The notes: generated from the sequence alone by a model not told the origin. A stretch of DNA of 32,000 nucleotides from Ruminococcus albus 7 = DSM 20455 (GCF_000179635.2 NC_014833.1:300001-332000); one strand, 5' to 3'; positions 1 to 9,869 are shown, counted from the first letter of the stretch. Numbers and translations are program-made.

Positions 1-159
1 ATCATCACCGATATGCTGTGCGACCTCGACTACCAGCTTGGTGCCGTTATTGTCTATCTCAAGCGCATTTAGAAGGTTCGGCATATGTTCTTTGTCAAAG
101 CGAACGTCAACGACCGCTCCGACTATCTGCACGACCTTGCCTATGTTAGTGCTTTCCAT
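1..159 (-). CDS. atpD: F1 ATP synthase beta subunit, N-terminal 53 codons only (gene continues past the left edge)
   Basis: The reverse complement from ATG at 159 reads [53 protein letters not shown], a typical beta-subunit N-terminal barrel. A GGAAAGGAAG Shine-Dalgarno lies upstream, and the position after atpG fits operon order. Confidence 0.9.
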   Translation of the reverse strand, partial: MESTNIGKVVQIVGAVVDVRFDKEHMPNLLNALEIDNNGTKLVVEVAQHIGDD

Positions 160-220
160 TACTGACTTCCTTTCCTATCCATTATCTGAATGATACAGTC
201 AATGGATCATGAATTGTGAA

Positions 221-1081
221 TCACGAATTATCGTTCAGGCTTGCCGAGCTTATCTCGGTGATCTCCTGAGTTATCTGTGCCTGTCTTGCGCGGTTGTACA
301 GCAGTGACAGCTTTTCGATCATCTCGTTAGCGTTGTCGCTTGCTGATTCCATAGCAGTTCTTCTTGCAGCCTGTTCGGATGCGAAGCTGTCAACTATGGC
401 CGAATAAAGCATACCGCCCATATATTCAGGTATCAGGCTGTCAAAGACCTCTTCGGGTGAAGGGTCATATATGGTCATAGGATGTTTCTGACCAAGGTAT
501 TCAAGGTTCTCAACAGGGAGTATCCTGAGGTGCTGTGGTTCCTGTGTCATTACAGAAACGAAAGTGGTGTATACCAGTTCCACAGCATCGAAATCACCTA
601 TCTTGAAACGCTCGATCACCTTGTTGGCTATCATCATGGCATCTATGAGCTCTATGCCTTCAGCTATCTGCGGGAAGCCGTCTATAAGTTTATATTCACG
701 CTTCTCAAAGTACTCAACTGCCTTTTTTCCGATAGCCATTATAACAGCTTCACCGCCGCTTTCGGTTATCGCATCAGCCTTGGCTTTTGCCAGTTTCAGT
801 ACATTAGTGTTGAAACCGCCCGCAAGACCTCTGTCACCTGCAATAACTATCAGAAGTACCGAGTTCTTGAACTTTTTCTTGGTGAACACCGAGGTGAATT
901 CGTGGTCGCGGGAGATATCTGCCATTACCTGGAAAACGCCCTCAAAGAACGGGTGTACCGCTTCGGCACGCTCCTTGGCTTTCCTCATCTTTGAGGACGC
1001 GACCAGCTGCATAGCCTTGGTTATCTGCATGGTGCTTTCCACGCTTTTTATACGGCGCTTTACGTCCTTCATGTTAGCCAT
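221..1081 (-). CDS. atpG: F1 ATP synthase gamma subunit
   Basis: 286 aa. The N-terminus MANMKDVKRRIKSVESTMQITKAMQLVASSKMRKA and the C-terminal helix LLYNRARQAQITQEITEI are canonical gamma features. It sits between alpha and beta. Confidence 0.95.
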   Translation of the reverse strand: MANMKDVKRRIKSVESTMQITKAMQLVASSKMRKAKERAEAVHPFFEGVFQVMADISRDHEFTSVFTKKKFKNSVLLIVIAGDRGLAGGFNTNVLKLAKAKADAITESGGEAVIMAIGKKAVEYFEKREYKLIDGFPQIAEGIELIDAMMIANKVIERFKIGDFDAVELVYTTFVSVMTQEPQHLRILPVENLEYLGQKHPMTIYDPSPEEVFDSLIPEYMGGMLYSAIVDSFASEQAARRTAMESASDNANEMIEKLSLLYNRARQAQITQEITEISSASLNDNS

Positions 1082-1093
1082 AAGCCGTTCTCC

Positions 1094-2608
1094 TTACTTC
1101 TGCTGCATAAACTTATCCGCAAAATCCTTAAGCACATTTTTGAGTGCCTTTTCGTTCTCTGCGGTGAGTTCCTTTGTATCGCGTATAGATGCGAGTATAT
1201 CGGGATGAGATTCATCGAGGAACAGGAACAAGTCCTTCTCGTACTCACGTATATCCTCCACCGGTATCTTCTTGAGGTAATTATTTACAACAGCGTAGAT
1301 TATAACTACCTGCTTTTCAACATCAACAGGGGAGTTCTTGGACTGTTTGAGTACCTCAACTATACGTTCTCCCTGTGCAAGTCTGTCCTTGGTATCCTGG
1401 TCAAGATCTGAACCGAACTGTGAGAAGCTCTGCAATTCTCTGTACTGAGAGTACAGCAGCTTCAAGGGACCCGATACCTTCTTCATCGCCTTTATCTGTG
1501 CCGAACCGCCGACACGGGATACGGATATACCCGGGTTTACCGCAGGTCTAACACCTGAGAAGAACAGCTCTGTTTCCAGGAATATCTGACCGTCGGTAAT
1601 GGATATTACGTTTGTTGGTATGTAAGCCGAAACGTCACCTGCCTGAGTTTCGATGATAGGCAGTGCGGTTATGGAACCGCCGCCGTTATCTTCATTAAGA
1701 CAGCACGCTCTCTCCAGCAGACGTGAATGCAGATAGAATACATCGCCGGGATAAGCCTCACGTCCTGTAGGTCTTTTCAGCAGCAGTGACATTGTTCTGT
1801 ACGCAACAGCGTGCTTTGAAAGATCGTCGTATACGCACAGCACATCCTTGCCCTGTAACATGAAGTACTCTGCCATAGCAACACCTGCATAGGGTGCTAT
1901 GTACTGCAGAGGAGCCATTTCAGATGCAGTAGCTGATACTACTATGGAATAATCCATAGCATCATTCTTAGTCAGGGTATCAACGATATTTGCAACAGTT
2001 GATATCTTCTGACCGATAGCGACATAGATACAGATAACGTTCTTGCCCTTCTGGTTGATGATAGTATCAAGTGCGATGGTGGTCTTACCTGTCTGTCTGT
2101 CGCCTATTATAAGTTCACGCTGACCTCTGCCTACGGGTATCATGGAGTCGATAGCCTTGATACCTGTCTGAAGGGGTCTGTTTACTGATTTTCTTGTGAT
2201 TATACCAAATGCGGGGCTTTCAACGGGTCTTGTCTCGTTTGTGAGTATAGCACCCTTGCCGTCGATAGGCGCACCAAGCGCGTTTACTACTCTGCCCAGC
2301 ATAGCTTCGCCTACGGGTACGGATACTATCCTGCCCGTTCTTTTGACGTTTGAGCCTTCTCTTATGCCTTCTTCTGTACCCAGCAGTACGCAGCCGACGA
2401 AATCCTGTTCAAGGTTCATCGCCATGCCGTAAGTGCCGTTCTCGAATTCCAGCAGCTCGCCCGACATACATTTCTCAAGTCCGTTGACTCTTGAAATGCC
2501 GTCGCCCACCGTACATACAGTGCCGACATCGTCAAGCACTAGCTTGGTACGGTAGTTCTTTATCTGTGATTTTATCAGACCTGTTATCTCATCAGGACGT
2601 AAATTCAT
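1094..2608 (-). CDS. atpA: F1 ATP synthase alpha subunit
   Basis: 504 aa with P-loop GDRQTGKTT and typical alpha motifs ([24 protein letters not shown]). Confidence 0.97.
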   Translation of the reverse strand: MNLRPDEITGLIKSQIKNYRTKLVLDDVGTVCTVGDGISRVNGLEKCMSGELLEFENGTYGMAMNLEQDFVGCVLLGTEEGIREGSNVKRTGRIVSVPVGEAMLGRVVNALGAPIDGKGAILTNETRPVESPAFGIITRKSVNRPLQTGIKAIDSMIPVGRGQRELIIGDRQTGKTTIALDTIINQKGKNVICIYVAIGQKISTVANIVDTLTKNDAMDYSIVVSATASEMAPLQYIAPYAGVAMAEYFMLQGKDVLCVYDDLSKHAVAYRTMSLLLKRPTGREAYPGDVFYLHSRLLERACCLNEDNGGGSITALPIIETQAGDVSAYIPTNVISITDGQIFLETELFFSGVRPAVNPGISVSRVGGSAQIKAMKKVSGPLKLLYSQYRELQSFSQFGSDLDQDTKDRLAQGERIVEVLKQSKNSPVDVEKQVVIIYAVVNNYLKKIPVEDIREYEKDLFLFLDESHPDILASIRDTKELTAENEKALKNVLKDFADKFMQQK

Positions 2609-2650
2609 AATTTTCCGTTCCCTTCCGTATGTTTAAATGAAACTTCGCTT

Positions 2651-3199
2651 TTAAGCGATAGTGTTCGTTATCTGAGCCTTCAGATTATCCAGCCTTGTCT
2701 TTACGCTTGAATCAAGTTCTGTATTGCCGTAGCGCACTATTATTCCGCCGATAATGGACTTGTCGATCTCTTCGGTAAGTACGATGCGCTTGCCTGTTGT
2801 TCTGCCAAGCTTATCGGTTAGCCGATCCCTGAGCTCCGCGGTCATAGGCTGTGCGGTCACAGCGGTAACCTCCAGAAGCCCCAGCTTGTCGTTATACATC
2901 TTCCTGAATTCGCCGTATATCTCATCGAGCTTGTCTGCTCTGTTCTTTTCAGCGGTAAGGCACAGAAAATCCAGCAGCAGAGCGTCTATCTTATCTCCGA
3001 AAACTGCTTTGATGCTGTCAGACTTTTCCTGTCCGGAGATAAGGGGTGATGCCAGAAATCTCAGATAATCGGCGCACTCGCTGTTTTTCATCAGCGCTTC
3101 AAACTCGCTGTAATCACTGAAAACTTTTTCCAGTTTATCCTGCTCAGTACACAGCTCAAACAGCGCTGTGCTGTAAACCTTGCCAACTGTTTCCGCCAT
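2651..3199 (-). CDS. atpH: F1 ATP synthase delta (OSCP) subunit
   Basis: 182 aa. The N-terminus VGKVYSTALFEL and operon position between b and alpha fit delta. Its start overlaps the atpF stop (TGATG). Confidence 0.9.
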   Translation of the reverse strand: MAETVGKVYSTALFELCTEQDKLEKVFSDYSEFEALMKNSECADYLRFLASPLISGQEKSDSIKAVFGDKIDALLLDFLCLTAEKNRADKLDEIYGEFRKMYNDKLGLLEVTAVTAQPMTAELRDRLTDKLGRTTGKRIVLTEEIDKSIIGGIIVRYGNTELDSSVKTRLDNLKAQITNTIA

Positions 3200-3714
3200 C
3201 AGTTTTCACCCACGTTATTGATGAACTCGCCGATCAGTCTTTCGTTATCCTGACTGCTCAGGTCTTTTTCAATAACAGCCTGTGCCGCCTGGAAAGCAAT
3301 ATCGGTGATATCGTCCTTTATCTTGTTTACCGCGATCTTCTTTTCGCGTTCTATCTCGCTTCTTGCCTGCTCGGTGATGCCCTTAGCCTCCACCTTGGCA
3401 TCAGCGATTATCTCATCGCTTCTCTGCTGAGCCTTGCGGGTAGCCGCCTGGATTATCTTTGCAGATTCCTCCTTGGCGCCGCTTATGCGCTCCTCGTAAT
3501 CCTGCTCCAGTTTCTCAGCTCTTTCCTTGGCTTCGTCCGCCTGTTTGTAAGTCTCGGCGACCTCGTTTTTCCTGTCTTCCATCACCTTGTTCACTTTGTT
3601 GAACAGGAAATGTTTCATGACCAGGAACAGTATAAGCAGGTTGAGCCATGTAGCGATGATCGTAGTGAGATTTACCGACAGGAAATCGGTAACGTCACCT
3701 CTCGCCAGTATCAT
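3199..3714 (-). CDS. atpF: Fo ATP synthase b subunit
   Basis: 171 aa with a single N-terminal TM helix followed by a long charged coiled-coil (EEAKERAEKLEQDYEERI...). Operon position fits. Confidence 0.9.
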   Translation of the reverse strand: MILARGDVTDFLSVNLTTIIATWLNLLILFLVMKHFLFNKVNKVMEDRKNEVAETYKQADEAKERAEKLEQDYEERISGAKEESAKIIQAATRKAQQRSDEIIADAKVEAKGITEQARSEIEREKKIAVNKIKDDITDIAFQAAQAVIEKDLSSQDNERLIGEFINNVGEN

Positions 3715-3759
3715 TATGCAAAACCTCCCTTATATCAGAACACTGTACATATAGCTATA

Positions 3760-4074
<315 letters not shown>

Positions 4075-4095
4075 TTAACTTTATTGAAATACTTG

Positions 4096-4821
4096 TTATT
4101 CTTCAGCCGCTGCCGCAACGTTTACCATAGTCAGCGTTGAGAATATGTAAGCCTGTATGCAGCCTGAGAATAGGTCAAAATAGATACTCAGTACTGCGGG
4201 AATACCTACCTGCAATACACTGAATGCCCATGAAGCAAATTCAAAGTGCAGATGCAGTGCTGTTGAAGCAGCGCCCAGTGCCGAATACAGCAGTCCTGTT
4301 ATTACCATGCCGCCCGCAACGTTGCCGAAAAGACGGAACGCCATAGATGCAGGTGTTGCTATCTCACTGATAAGGTTCAGCGGCAGAATGAATGCAACAG
4401 GCTGTGCGAAGCTTTTCAGGTAGCCCAGGAAGCCGTTTGTTTTTATCTTGGTGTAGGTTATCAGCACGAATGTGACTATCGCCCATGCGGCTGTAACGTT
4501 TATATCCGCTGTCATCGACCTCAGACCCACCATGCTTATCAGTGCGCCAAGCACTGCGGATACCAGCAGTGCGCCGATGTATGGGGCATAGTACATCATC
4601 TTTTCGCCCATAGATTGTTTTACCATGCCGTTGACGAAGTTCACGAACATCTCCGCGACTATCTGCCGCTTGCTCTCGGGCTTCTTTTTAAGGTCTTTTG
4701 TAAGCCACAGACAAAGCAGCGTCACCACTGCGATTATCAGCCAGCCCATTACTACCGTTTCAGTGAATATCAGAGGTCCTATCTCAAAGACGATCTTAGG
4801 ACCGTCGCCCAATCCGTTCAT
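4096..4821 (-). CDS. atpB: Fo ATP synthase a subunit
   Basis: 241-aa polytopic membrane protein with the conserved stator Arg motif (AFRLFGNVAGG). Confidence 0.93.
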   Translation of the reverse strand: MNGLGDGPKIVFEIGPLIFTETVVMGWLIIAVVTLLCLWLTKDLKKKPESKRQIVAEMFVNFVNGMVKQSMGEKMMYYAPYIGALLVSAVLGALISMVGLRSMTADINVTAAWAIVTFVLITYTKIKTNGFLGYLKSFAQPVAFILPLNLISEIATPASMAFRLFGNVAGGMVITGLLYSALGAASTALHLHFEFASWAFSVLQVGIPAVLSIYFDLFSGCIQAYIFSTLTMVNVAAAAEE

Positions 4822-4827
4822 AATTAG

Positions 4828-5232
4828 CTATCCTTTCCTGCCGAAAAACTGATCGGCTGTAAGTATTATCTTCGGGAACAGCTGAGGTATCAGTATCCCC
4901 GTAAAGTTTGCAATACCTGTATATGCGGCAGCGCAGCTCAATATCACAAGTGCAGTGCACCTTATAGCGTAGCAAATACGCATTTTGCGTACTGCTGACT
5001 TCCTGTCCAGCTTTACAGCACTTTCGCAGCTCCGTCCGAAGTACTCGAACTGGGCACACATAAATCCGTATCCCAGCACGAATCCCAGCAGCTGCGAAGC
5101 TTTGAATCCCCAAAACAGCGTTACAGCGAAGCAAAGTACTGTCAGTACAGCTCCCCATTTGTATATCATAAGCAGCAGCGGTCTTGTCACCGAGGTGTTA
5201 TCCGAAAGCTTGGTTTTATCAAGGTTTTCCAT
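4828..5232 (-). CDS. atpI: ATP synthase protein I-like small membrane protein
   Basis: 134-aa hydrophobic protein, first gene of the operon, ending 6 nt before atpB. The call rests on position and topology rather than strong motifs. Confidence 0.65.
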   Translation of the reverse strand: MENLDKTKLSDNTSVTRPLLLMIYKWGAVLTVLCFAVTLFWGFKASQLLGFVLGYGFMCAQFEYFGRSCESAVKLDRKSAVRKMRICYAIRCTALVILSCAAAYTGIANFTGILIPQLFPKIILTADQFFGRKG

Positions 5233-5443
5233 GTATAGTACCTGCCTTTCGGTATCGGTTTGAAAAACACTCGCACATACAAATTTATTATATCATCTTT
5301 TCTCATTTTTTAAAAGGGGGTTTTAAGCTGCTTTGATAAGTTTTACAATTTGTTAATAAAATTCTTCCTCTTCGGGGGTATAATTTCTCAAATTTCGGGT
5401 AAAAAGCCTCTTGCAAAAATGACCATTAGTCATGTTTGTGACT

Positions 5444-5472
5444 ATCATATCACAATAATTGATGTTTGTCAA
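5444..5472 (-). promoter_or_regulatory. Sigma-A type promoter upstream of the atp operon
   Basis: The minus strand reads TTGACA (5472-5467), a 17-nt spacer, then TATGAT (5449-5444) with a TGn extension. It lies about 205 nt upstream of the atpI ATG. Confidence 0.45.
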
Positions 5473-5533
5473 TGACGAAATGACCAATAGTCATAATCTA
5501 TCGCAGGATATTCTGTGCTGTAATAGACAAAAA

Positions 5534-5559
5534 CCCCGCAGATCTTTAGGTCTGCGGGG
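5534..5559 (-). terminator. Rho-independent terminator after the GH26 gene
   Basis: Stem CCCCGCAGA / TCTGCGGGG, followed on the minus strand by TTTTTG. It lies 9 nt after the stop at 5568. Confidence 0.7.
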
Positions 5560-5567
5560 TGATGTTG

Positions 5568-7241
5568 TCAGTTTTTCAGGAATGTGTCCAGGTCGATAGG
5601 CCAGCTTTTCAGGTCAGGAAGTTCATCCAGTGTCAGAACGCGGTCGCTGCTGTATATCTTATCCCAAGTATCAAATGTGGTATACTGGTCAGAGAGCTGC
5701 TTGTTCTTTATGGCGAACTCTCCGTTCCAGGTCGCAAAGTATGACCATCTTGTGCCTTCATTGAATGCGGCATCGGGATCGAACATAGATCCGTTCTCGG
5801 TCTCGGCTATTATCTTGCTGCCCGTAGGTGAGCACTCCTTCAGAAAGTCGTAGTAGTATTTCTGTGAAGAGGAATCATGCTCATCGGGATAGCAATCGTA
5901 ACCGACTATATCCACGTATTCGTCGCCGGGATACCAGCTCTGGTTCTGAGCGTTCCATACCCATATAAGGTTGTTTAAATGATACTCATTTACAAACTTA
6001 TCGTACATGAGCTTGTAAAGCTCCAGATAAGCGTCCTTGCCTGATGCGCCCCACCAGAACCATGCGTTGTTTGGATATCTCGGGTCGCCTGCTGCTTCGT
6101 GCAAAGGCCGCCACAGTATAGGTATATCTGCATCAGCCAGAGGCTTCAGCTGCTCAGCCATATTGTCAAGCTCAGCTACTATAGCGTCATAGCCTTCCTT
6201 ATCCTCGCCTCTCATGGCTTTGCCCAGGTCAAAACTTGTGCTGTCGGTATAGAAACCTCTCCACCAGGGCTGACCGTTGACTTCAAGGTATTTTGAGGGA
6301 GCGTGCCAGTGCCAGCAGAATGTTACGATGCCGTTGTGGTTATTGTACCAGTCCATAGCATATATAGGCACCATATCGCCGCCGCCTGCCTGGTGATCAA
6401 CTTTGGTGGATATGCCGAGATTGCCCACATCAAGACCAAGCAGTGCAGGGGTCTTGCCTGTGCGCTTGTTTATCTCTATGAACTCGCGGGATTCGGGACC
6501 CATGTTGTCGCCCGAATACTGTCCCGATATGGTATACTTGCCGTAAGTTGCTCTCATGAAGCTGTAAAGTCTTTTTGCGTTATCGCTGGCGTTTGGATTG
6601 CACAGCTTATCTGTTACATCATACTGTGAAAGGTCTATGGGCGCAGCCGGAACGATCTTCAGCGTATCAACATAGATATGTCCCGTATCGGCACGTATGC
6701 CGATAGTATGGCTGCCGCCATCTATCAGGACGTTTTCTGCAGTTACTTCTGCAAATTTCGATTCGCTTGAGGTAAACTTTTTTACAGCGCTGCCGTCAAC
6801 AGTTATAAGGTTATCCGAATTGACATTATCTGCAGCGATCTTCATTACGACATTATAGCTGCCCTTAGCGGGAAGCTCGATATCAAAAGTGATCTCATCG
6901 CCCTTGTCATATACTGCTACATAGCCGTCACCTGAAAAATCTCCTGCAAATGCCTTGTTCATGATCATAGCTTCATTGAGCAGAGTACCGGATTCTGCTT
7001 CCAGCTCAAGAGAAAAATCCTCAGGGACATCATAAGCCGAGGTGAAGTCCGAAAGGTCGAAATCACCGATGGTTTCAATGACATCAGGTTTCTTTTCCTC
7101 GCTGCTGTCATCAGCAGCCTTGCTTGCATTGTTTTTTTCAGAATCGTTCTTTTTTTCGGTGCTTTTTCCGCATCCGAAGAGTCCCGCGCTCATAGTAAGT
7201 GCAAGTGTGAGTGCGAGCATCCTTTTCATTTTAGTTTTCAT
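5568..7241 (-). CDS. Lipoprotein endo-beta-1,4-mannanase, CBM35/CBM6-like module + GH26 catalytic domain
   Basis: Start placed at 7241 (GGAGGG upstream; MKTKMKRMLALTLALTMSAGLFGC, lipobox LFGC). A beta-sandwich CBM-like segment (LELEAESGTL...YVDTLKIV) is followed by GH26 motifs: FCWHWHAP, ILWRPLHEAAG (acid/base Glu), WVWN, YVDIVGYDCY, IIAETENG (nucleophile Glu). Confidence 0.9.
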   Translation of the reverse strand: MKTKMKRMLALTLALTMSAGLFGCGKSTEKKNDSEKNNASKAADDSSEEKKPDVIETIGDFDLSDFTSAYDVPEDFSLELEAESGTLLNEAMIMNKAFAGDFSGDGYVAVYDKGDEITFDIELPAKGSYNVVMKIAADNVNSDNLITVDGSAVKKFTSSESKFAEVTAENVLIDGGSHTIGIRADTGHIYVDTLKIVPAAPIDLSQYDVTDKLCNPNASDNAKRLYSFMRATYGKYTISGQYSGDNMGPESREFIEINKRTGKTPALLGLDVGNLGISTKVDHQAGGGDMVPIYAMDWYNNHNGIVTFCWHWHAPSKYLEVNGQPWWRGFYTDSTSFDLGKAMRGEDKEGYDAIVAELDNMAEQLKPLADADIPILWRPLHEAAGDPRYPNNAWFWWGASGKDAYLELYKLMYDKFVNEYHLNNLIWVWNAQNQSWYPGDEYVDIVGYDCYPDEHDSSSQKYYYDFLKECSPTGSKIIAETENGSMFDPDAAFNEGTRWSYFATWNGEFAIKNKQLSDQYTTFDTWDKIYSSDRVLTLDELPDLKSWPIDLDTFLKN

Positions 7242-7379
7242 TTTATATACCCTCCGTTTATCCATATACGTTACTTGTGTGAGTTCTGCATTTATCACTA
7301 CCTTTCAAAAATTGTATCAGCATTATTTGTATACGTTATAGTTATGCGGCAGTGCCGCTTGTGTGACGTGTTGTTCATA

Positions 7380-8270
7380 TCAGACATTATCCGCTGTAGG
7401 CGGAGTTATCTTGGTGTCACGCAGGAATTTTCTGTAAAACCATCTGGTGAATTTCATTGGAAGTATAAAAAGTATGAGCTGCAAAAAGCATGGCGGAAAG
7501 AAATCCCTGAAACCGATATAGCCTTCGATGAACAGTTTCCATCTCACCGCTATAAATCCTTTGGTGAGCCTCCAGCTGCGCCTTATCCTGGGCGTGCTTT
7601 CACTGACACGGTAGCGTACCAGCACCTCGGGAATATTCTGCCCCACTGCACCCCCTGCAAGCATCCTTACGGCAAAATCGTAGTCCTCGCACAGCTTCAG
7701 GTCACTGTAACCGCCGACTTCCAGCGCTTTGCTTTTTCTGAAAGCCACCGTCTGTCTGTTGAATGGGTTGCGGCGCTTGGAGTAGCTCAGTATATCCTTT
7801 TGTACAAGGGGTACTTTTTTCAGTGTAAGAGTCTTATCGGTGAGGTCATCGAATTCTTCTACGAAGCTGCCCACTATATCAAGCTCGGGCTTTACCGCAA
7901 ACAGCAGCATCTCTTTGATGCATCTGTCGGGCTTGGAAACATCATCGCTGTCCATACGGACTATGTATTCGCAGCGGCAGGCTTTTATTCCTTTATTTAC
8001 TGCCTTGCCGGCTCCCACATTCTCATCTATTCGCACTATCCGGAATATACCTTTGTATTCGTTCTGGAAAGATTTTACTATTACATCCAGAGCATTTGTC
8101 AGCTTGCCGTCGCATACCAGTACAAAATCTGAGGGAGGGTATGTCTGCTTCAGCATAGATTCGAGGCTCTGGTTCAGGTTTTCGGGAAGCTCTTTATCAT
8201 AGACCGACATAAGAACGCTGTATTTTGGCAGTTCATACCCTGCCACATTCCTGTTTACACGTCGTGCCAC
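7380..8270 (-). CDS. Family 2 glycosyltransferase (GT-A fold) with C-terminal membrane segment
   Basis: 296 aa. YSVLMSVYDKELPENLNQSLESMLKQTYPPSDFVLVCDG and the DSDD (DxD) motif are typical GT2. The C-terminus is hydrophobic. Confidence 0.85.
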   Translation of the reverse strand: MARRVNRNVAGYELPKYSVLMSVYDKELPENLNQSLESMLKQTYPPSDFVLVCDGKLTNALDVIVKSFQNEYKGIFRIVRIDENVGAGKAVNKGIKACRCEYIVRMDSDDVSKPDRCIKEMLLFAVKPELDIVGSFVEEFDDLTDKTLTLKKVPLVQKDILSYSKRRNPFNRQTVAFRKSKALEVGGYSDLKLCEDYDFAVRMLAGGAVGQNIPEVLVRYRVSESTPRIRRSWRLTKGFIAVRWKLFIEGYIGFRDFFPPCFLQLILFILPMKFTRWFYRKFLRDTKITPPTADNV

Positions 8271-8428
8271 AAATAAGCCCCCTTTCCCGGAATATTATCA
8301 TCTATTAATATACTATGTATAGCATAATTTTATCATATACAGTAAAATTTGTCAAGATGCAATAAAATTATTACTTCATTTTCGCTCATTCAATGAAAAA
8401 TGTCTATAATATTAGGCGCAGATAAGCT

Positions 8429-8458
8429 AAAAAAGCGGACACCCGAAGGTATCCGCCT
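8429..8458 (-). terminator. Rho-independent terminator after the zinc-ribbon gene
   Basis: The minus strand reads GGCGGATACCTTCGGGTGTCCGC followed by TTTTTT. Confidence 0.7.
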
Positions 8459-8481
8459 GATAGAATACAATAAATTATAGG

Positions 8482-9249
8482 TCAAAGTCCTTTTCCTGTC
8501 ATGGAAACGTGCTTGATATCCTTGGGAGTCATGAACATTCCCATTATGTAGGTATTCATAATATCCACATCCTCGGTGGTTATTTTTTTGCCGTCTATCC
8601 TCAGTTCCTTTACCGCAGTCTGACCGTCGGGTGCTCTGCCGAATACCATATTGTATTCTTTGCCGTCCTTGTCTACGCCGCGGAACGTTACTTTGTTCTG
8701 GCTGAAATCGAACCACCAGTGACATTCTTCAAAATAGCTGTCAAATGCATCGCCGTAATTGCTGCTTTCAAGCTTTATACTCTCATCGAGATTGAAATCG
8801 TAATTTGTATGTGAAACTAATAGTACCCTGCCTATCGCATAGATTACCATGCCTATTATAATAATAAGTATGAATTTGATCACGTTGGCAAGACCGTTGC
8901 TGATAATACTCCTGTTTGCCTGCTTGCCGCTTCCGGTAGTGGCAGAAAAAGGCACAGCCCTGTTATCCTTGCGGGGATCGTAATTATCGGGATGATGCTC
9001 TTTGCGGGCTTTTGCAGTGCCGTAATGCTCATCCAGCTTGTCCATCTGTCTTCCTGACCTGGTAGCGGCGTAGGGGGTCTGAACTACAAGTCTTGAAGGG
9101 GATAAACCATCCCGCTCTCTGTCTGAGGAAAACTGATTATGTCTGCCAAGTTCTGCGCCCTTAAATGCAGGCATTACCTTTCCGCATCCCGGACATATTT
9201 TGTCGGTGCTTTCAACACTTGCGCCGCAGAATCTGCAAGATATCTTCAT
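8482..9249 (-). CDS. Zinc-ribbon / single-pass membrane protein of unknown function
   Basis: 255 aa. It has an N-terminal CxxC-x12-CxxC (CRFCGASVESTDKICPGCG), a disordered basic linker, one TM helix (VIKFILIIIIGMVIYAIGRVLLV) and an extracytoplasmic domain of about 105 aa. The AAGGAAAG SD is about 11 nt upstream, and the gene starts 35 nt after the lexA stop. Confidence 0.75.
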   Translation of the reverse strand: MKISCRFCGASVESTDKICPGCGKVMPAFKGAELGRHNQFSSDRERDGLSPSRLVVQTPYAATRSGRQMDKLDEHYGTAKARKEHHPDNYDPRKDNRAVPFSATTGSGKQANRSIISNGLANVIKFILIIIIGMVIYAIGRVLLVSHTNYDFNLDESIKLESSNYGDAFDSYFEECHWWFDFSQNKVTFRGVDKDGKEYNMVFGRAPDGQTAVKELRIDGKKITTEDVDIMNTYIMGMFMTPKDIKHVSMTGKGL

Positions 9250-9284
9250 TTGTCTTCACTTTCCTTTCAAACCCTGATCGGGGC

Positions 9285-9869
9285 TCAGATGTATCTTATG
9301 ACCCCCACTACCCGACCGAGTATCTCGACATTATCCAGTATTATCGGATCCATCGTATCATTCTCGGGCTGAAGTCTGAAATGCCCTTCTTCCTTATAAA
9401 AGGTTTTGACTGTTGCATCGCTGCCTTCTACAAGTGCGACAACGATCTGACCGTTCTCTGCAAAGGGAGTCTGTTCAACAACTACCGTATCACCATCGAG
9501 TATCGCTGCGTTTATCATTGATTCACCGCGAACTTTCAGAGCGAAAAGCGGATTTCCGTAATGTCTTGCGGGCTGAAAGCTTATATACTCGCTGACATAT
9601 TCTATTGCTGTGATAGGTGTACCTGCCGTCACTGTTCCTACAAGAGGTATCAGCATACCGCCGCCGCCCACCAGTTTTATGGCACGGTTCTGGTTATCAC
9701 TTTTTTCAAGGAATCCTTTGGAAGTCAGGGTCTTTATATACCTGTGTGCAGTTGAGGTGGATTTAAAGCCGAAATGCGAGCATATCTCTCTAACCGTGGG
9801 TGGATAGCCCTCCTCGACCCTTTCCTTGATAAATTCAAATACATTGCGTTCATTGTCAGTGACTTTCAT
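9285..9869 (-). CDS. lexA: LexA repressor (S24 self-cleaving SOS regulator)
   Basis: 194 aa with a winged-helix N-terminus (GYPPTVREICSHFGFKSTSTAHRYIKTL), an Ala-Gly cleavage site in GTVTAGTP, catalytic Ser in VRGESM and Lys in ATVKTF. Confidence 0.93.
   Translation of the reverse strand: MKVTDNERNVFEFIKERVEEGYPPTVREICSHFGFKSTSTAHRYIKTLTSKGFLEKSDNQNRAIKLVGGGGMLIPLVGTVTAGTPITAIEYVSEYISFQPARHYGNPLFALKVRGESMINAAILDGDTVVVEQTPFAENGQIVVALVEGSDATVKTFYKEEGHFRLQPENDTMDPIILDNVEILGRVVGVIRYI

Noticed and set aside
482-1208. Plus-strand ORFs (170 and 214 aa) overlapping atpG and atpA
   Set aside because: They are antisense shadows of confidently identified ATP synthase genes, with low-complexity translations and no start context.
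4796-5158. 120-aa minus-strand ORF overlapping atpI in another frame
   Set aside because: The atpI frame gives a coherent membrane protein with a start, an SD and operon logic. This frame gives a Cys/Arg-rich sequence with no support.
5436-5455. TTGTGAC-N6-ATCACAA palindrome resembling Rex or CRP sites at the atp promoter
   Set aside because: The core is TGTGA-N8-TCACA, whereas Rex and CRP-type sites have N6. The arms also coincide with the extended -10 (TGTGATATGAT) of the promoter, so the symmetry may be incidental.
7275-8132. 285-aa plus-strand ORF opposite the GT2 gene
   Set aside because: It fully overlaps a gene with clear GT2 motifs on the other strand. It is Cys/Tyr/Phe-rich with no motif and looks like an antisense artefact.
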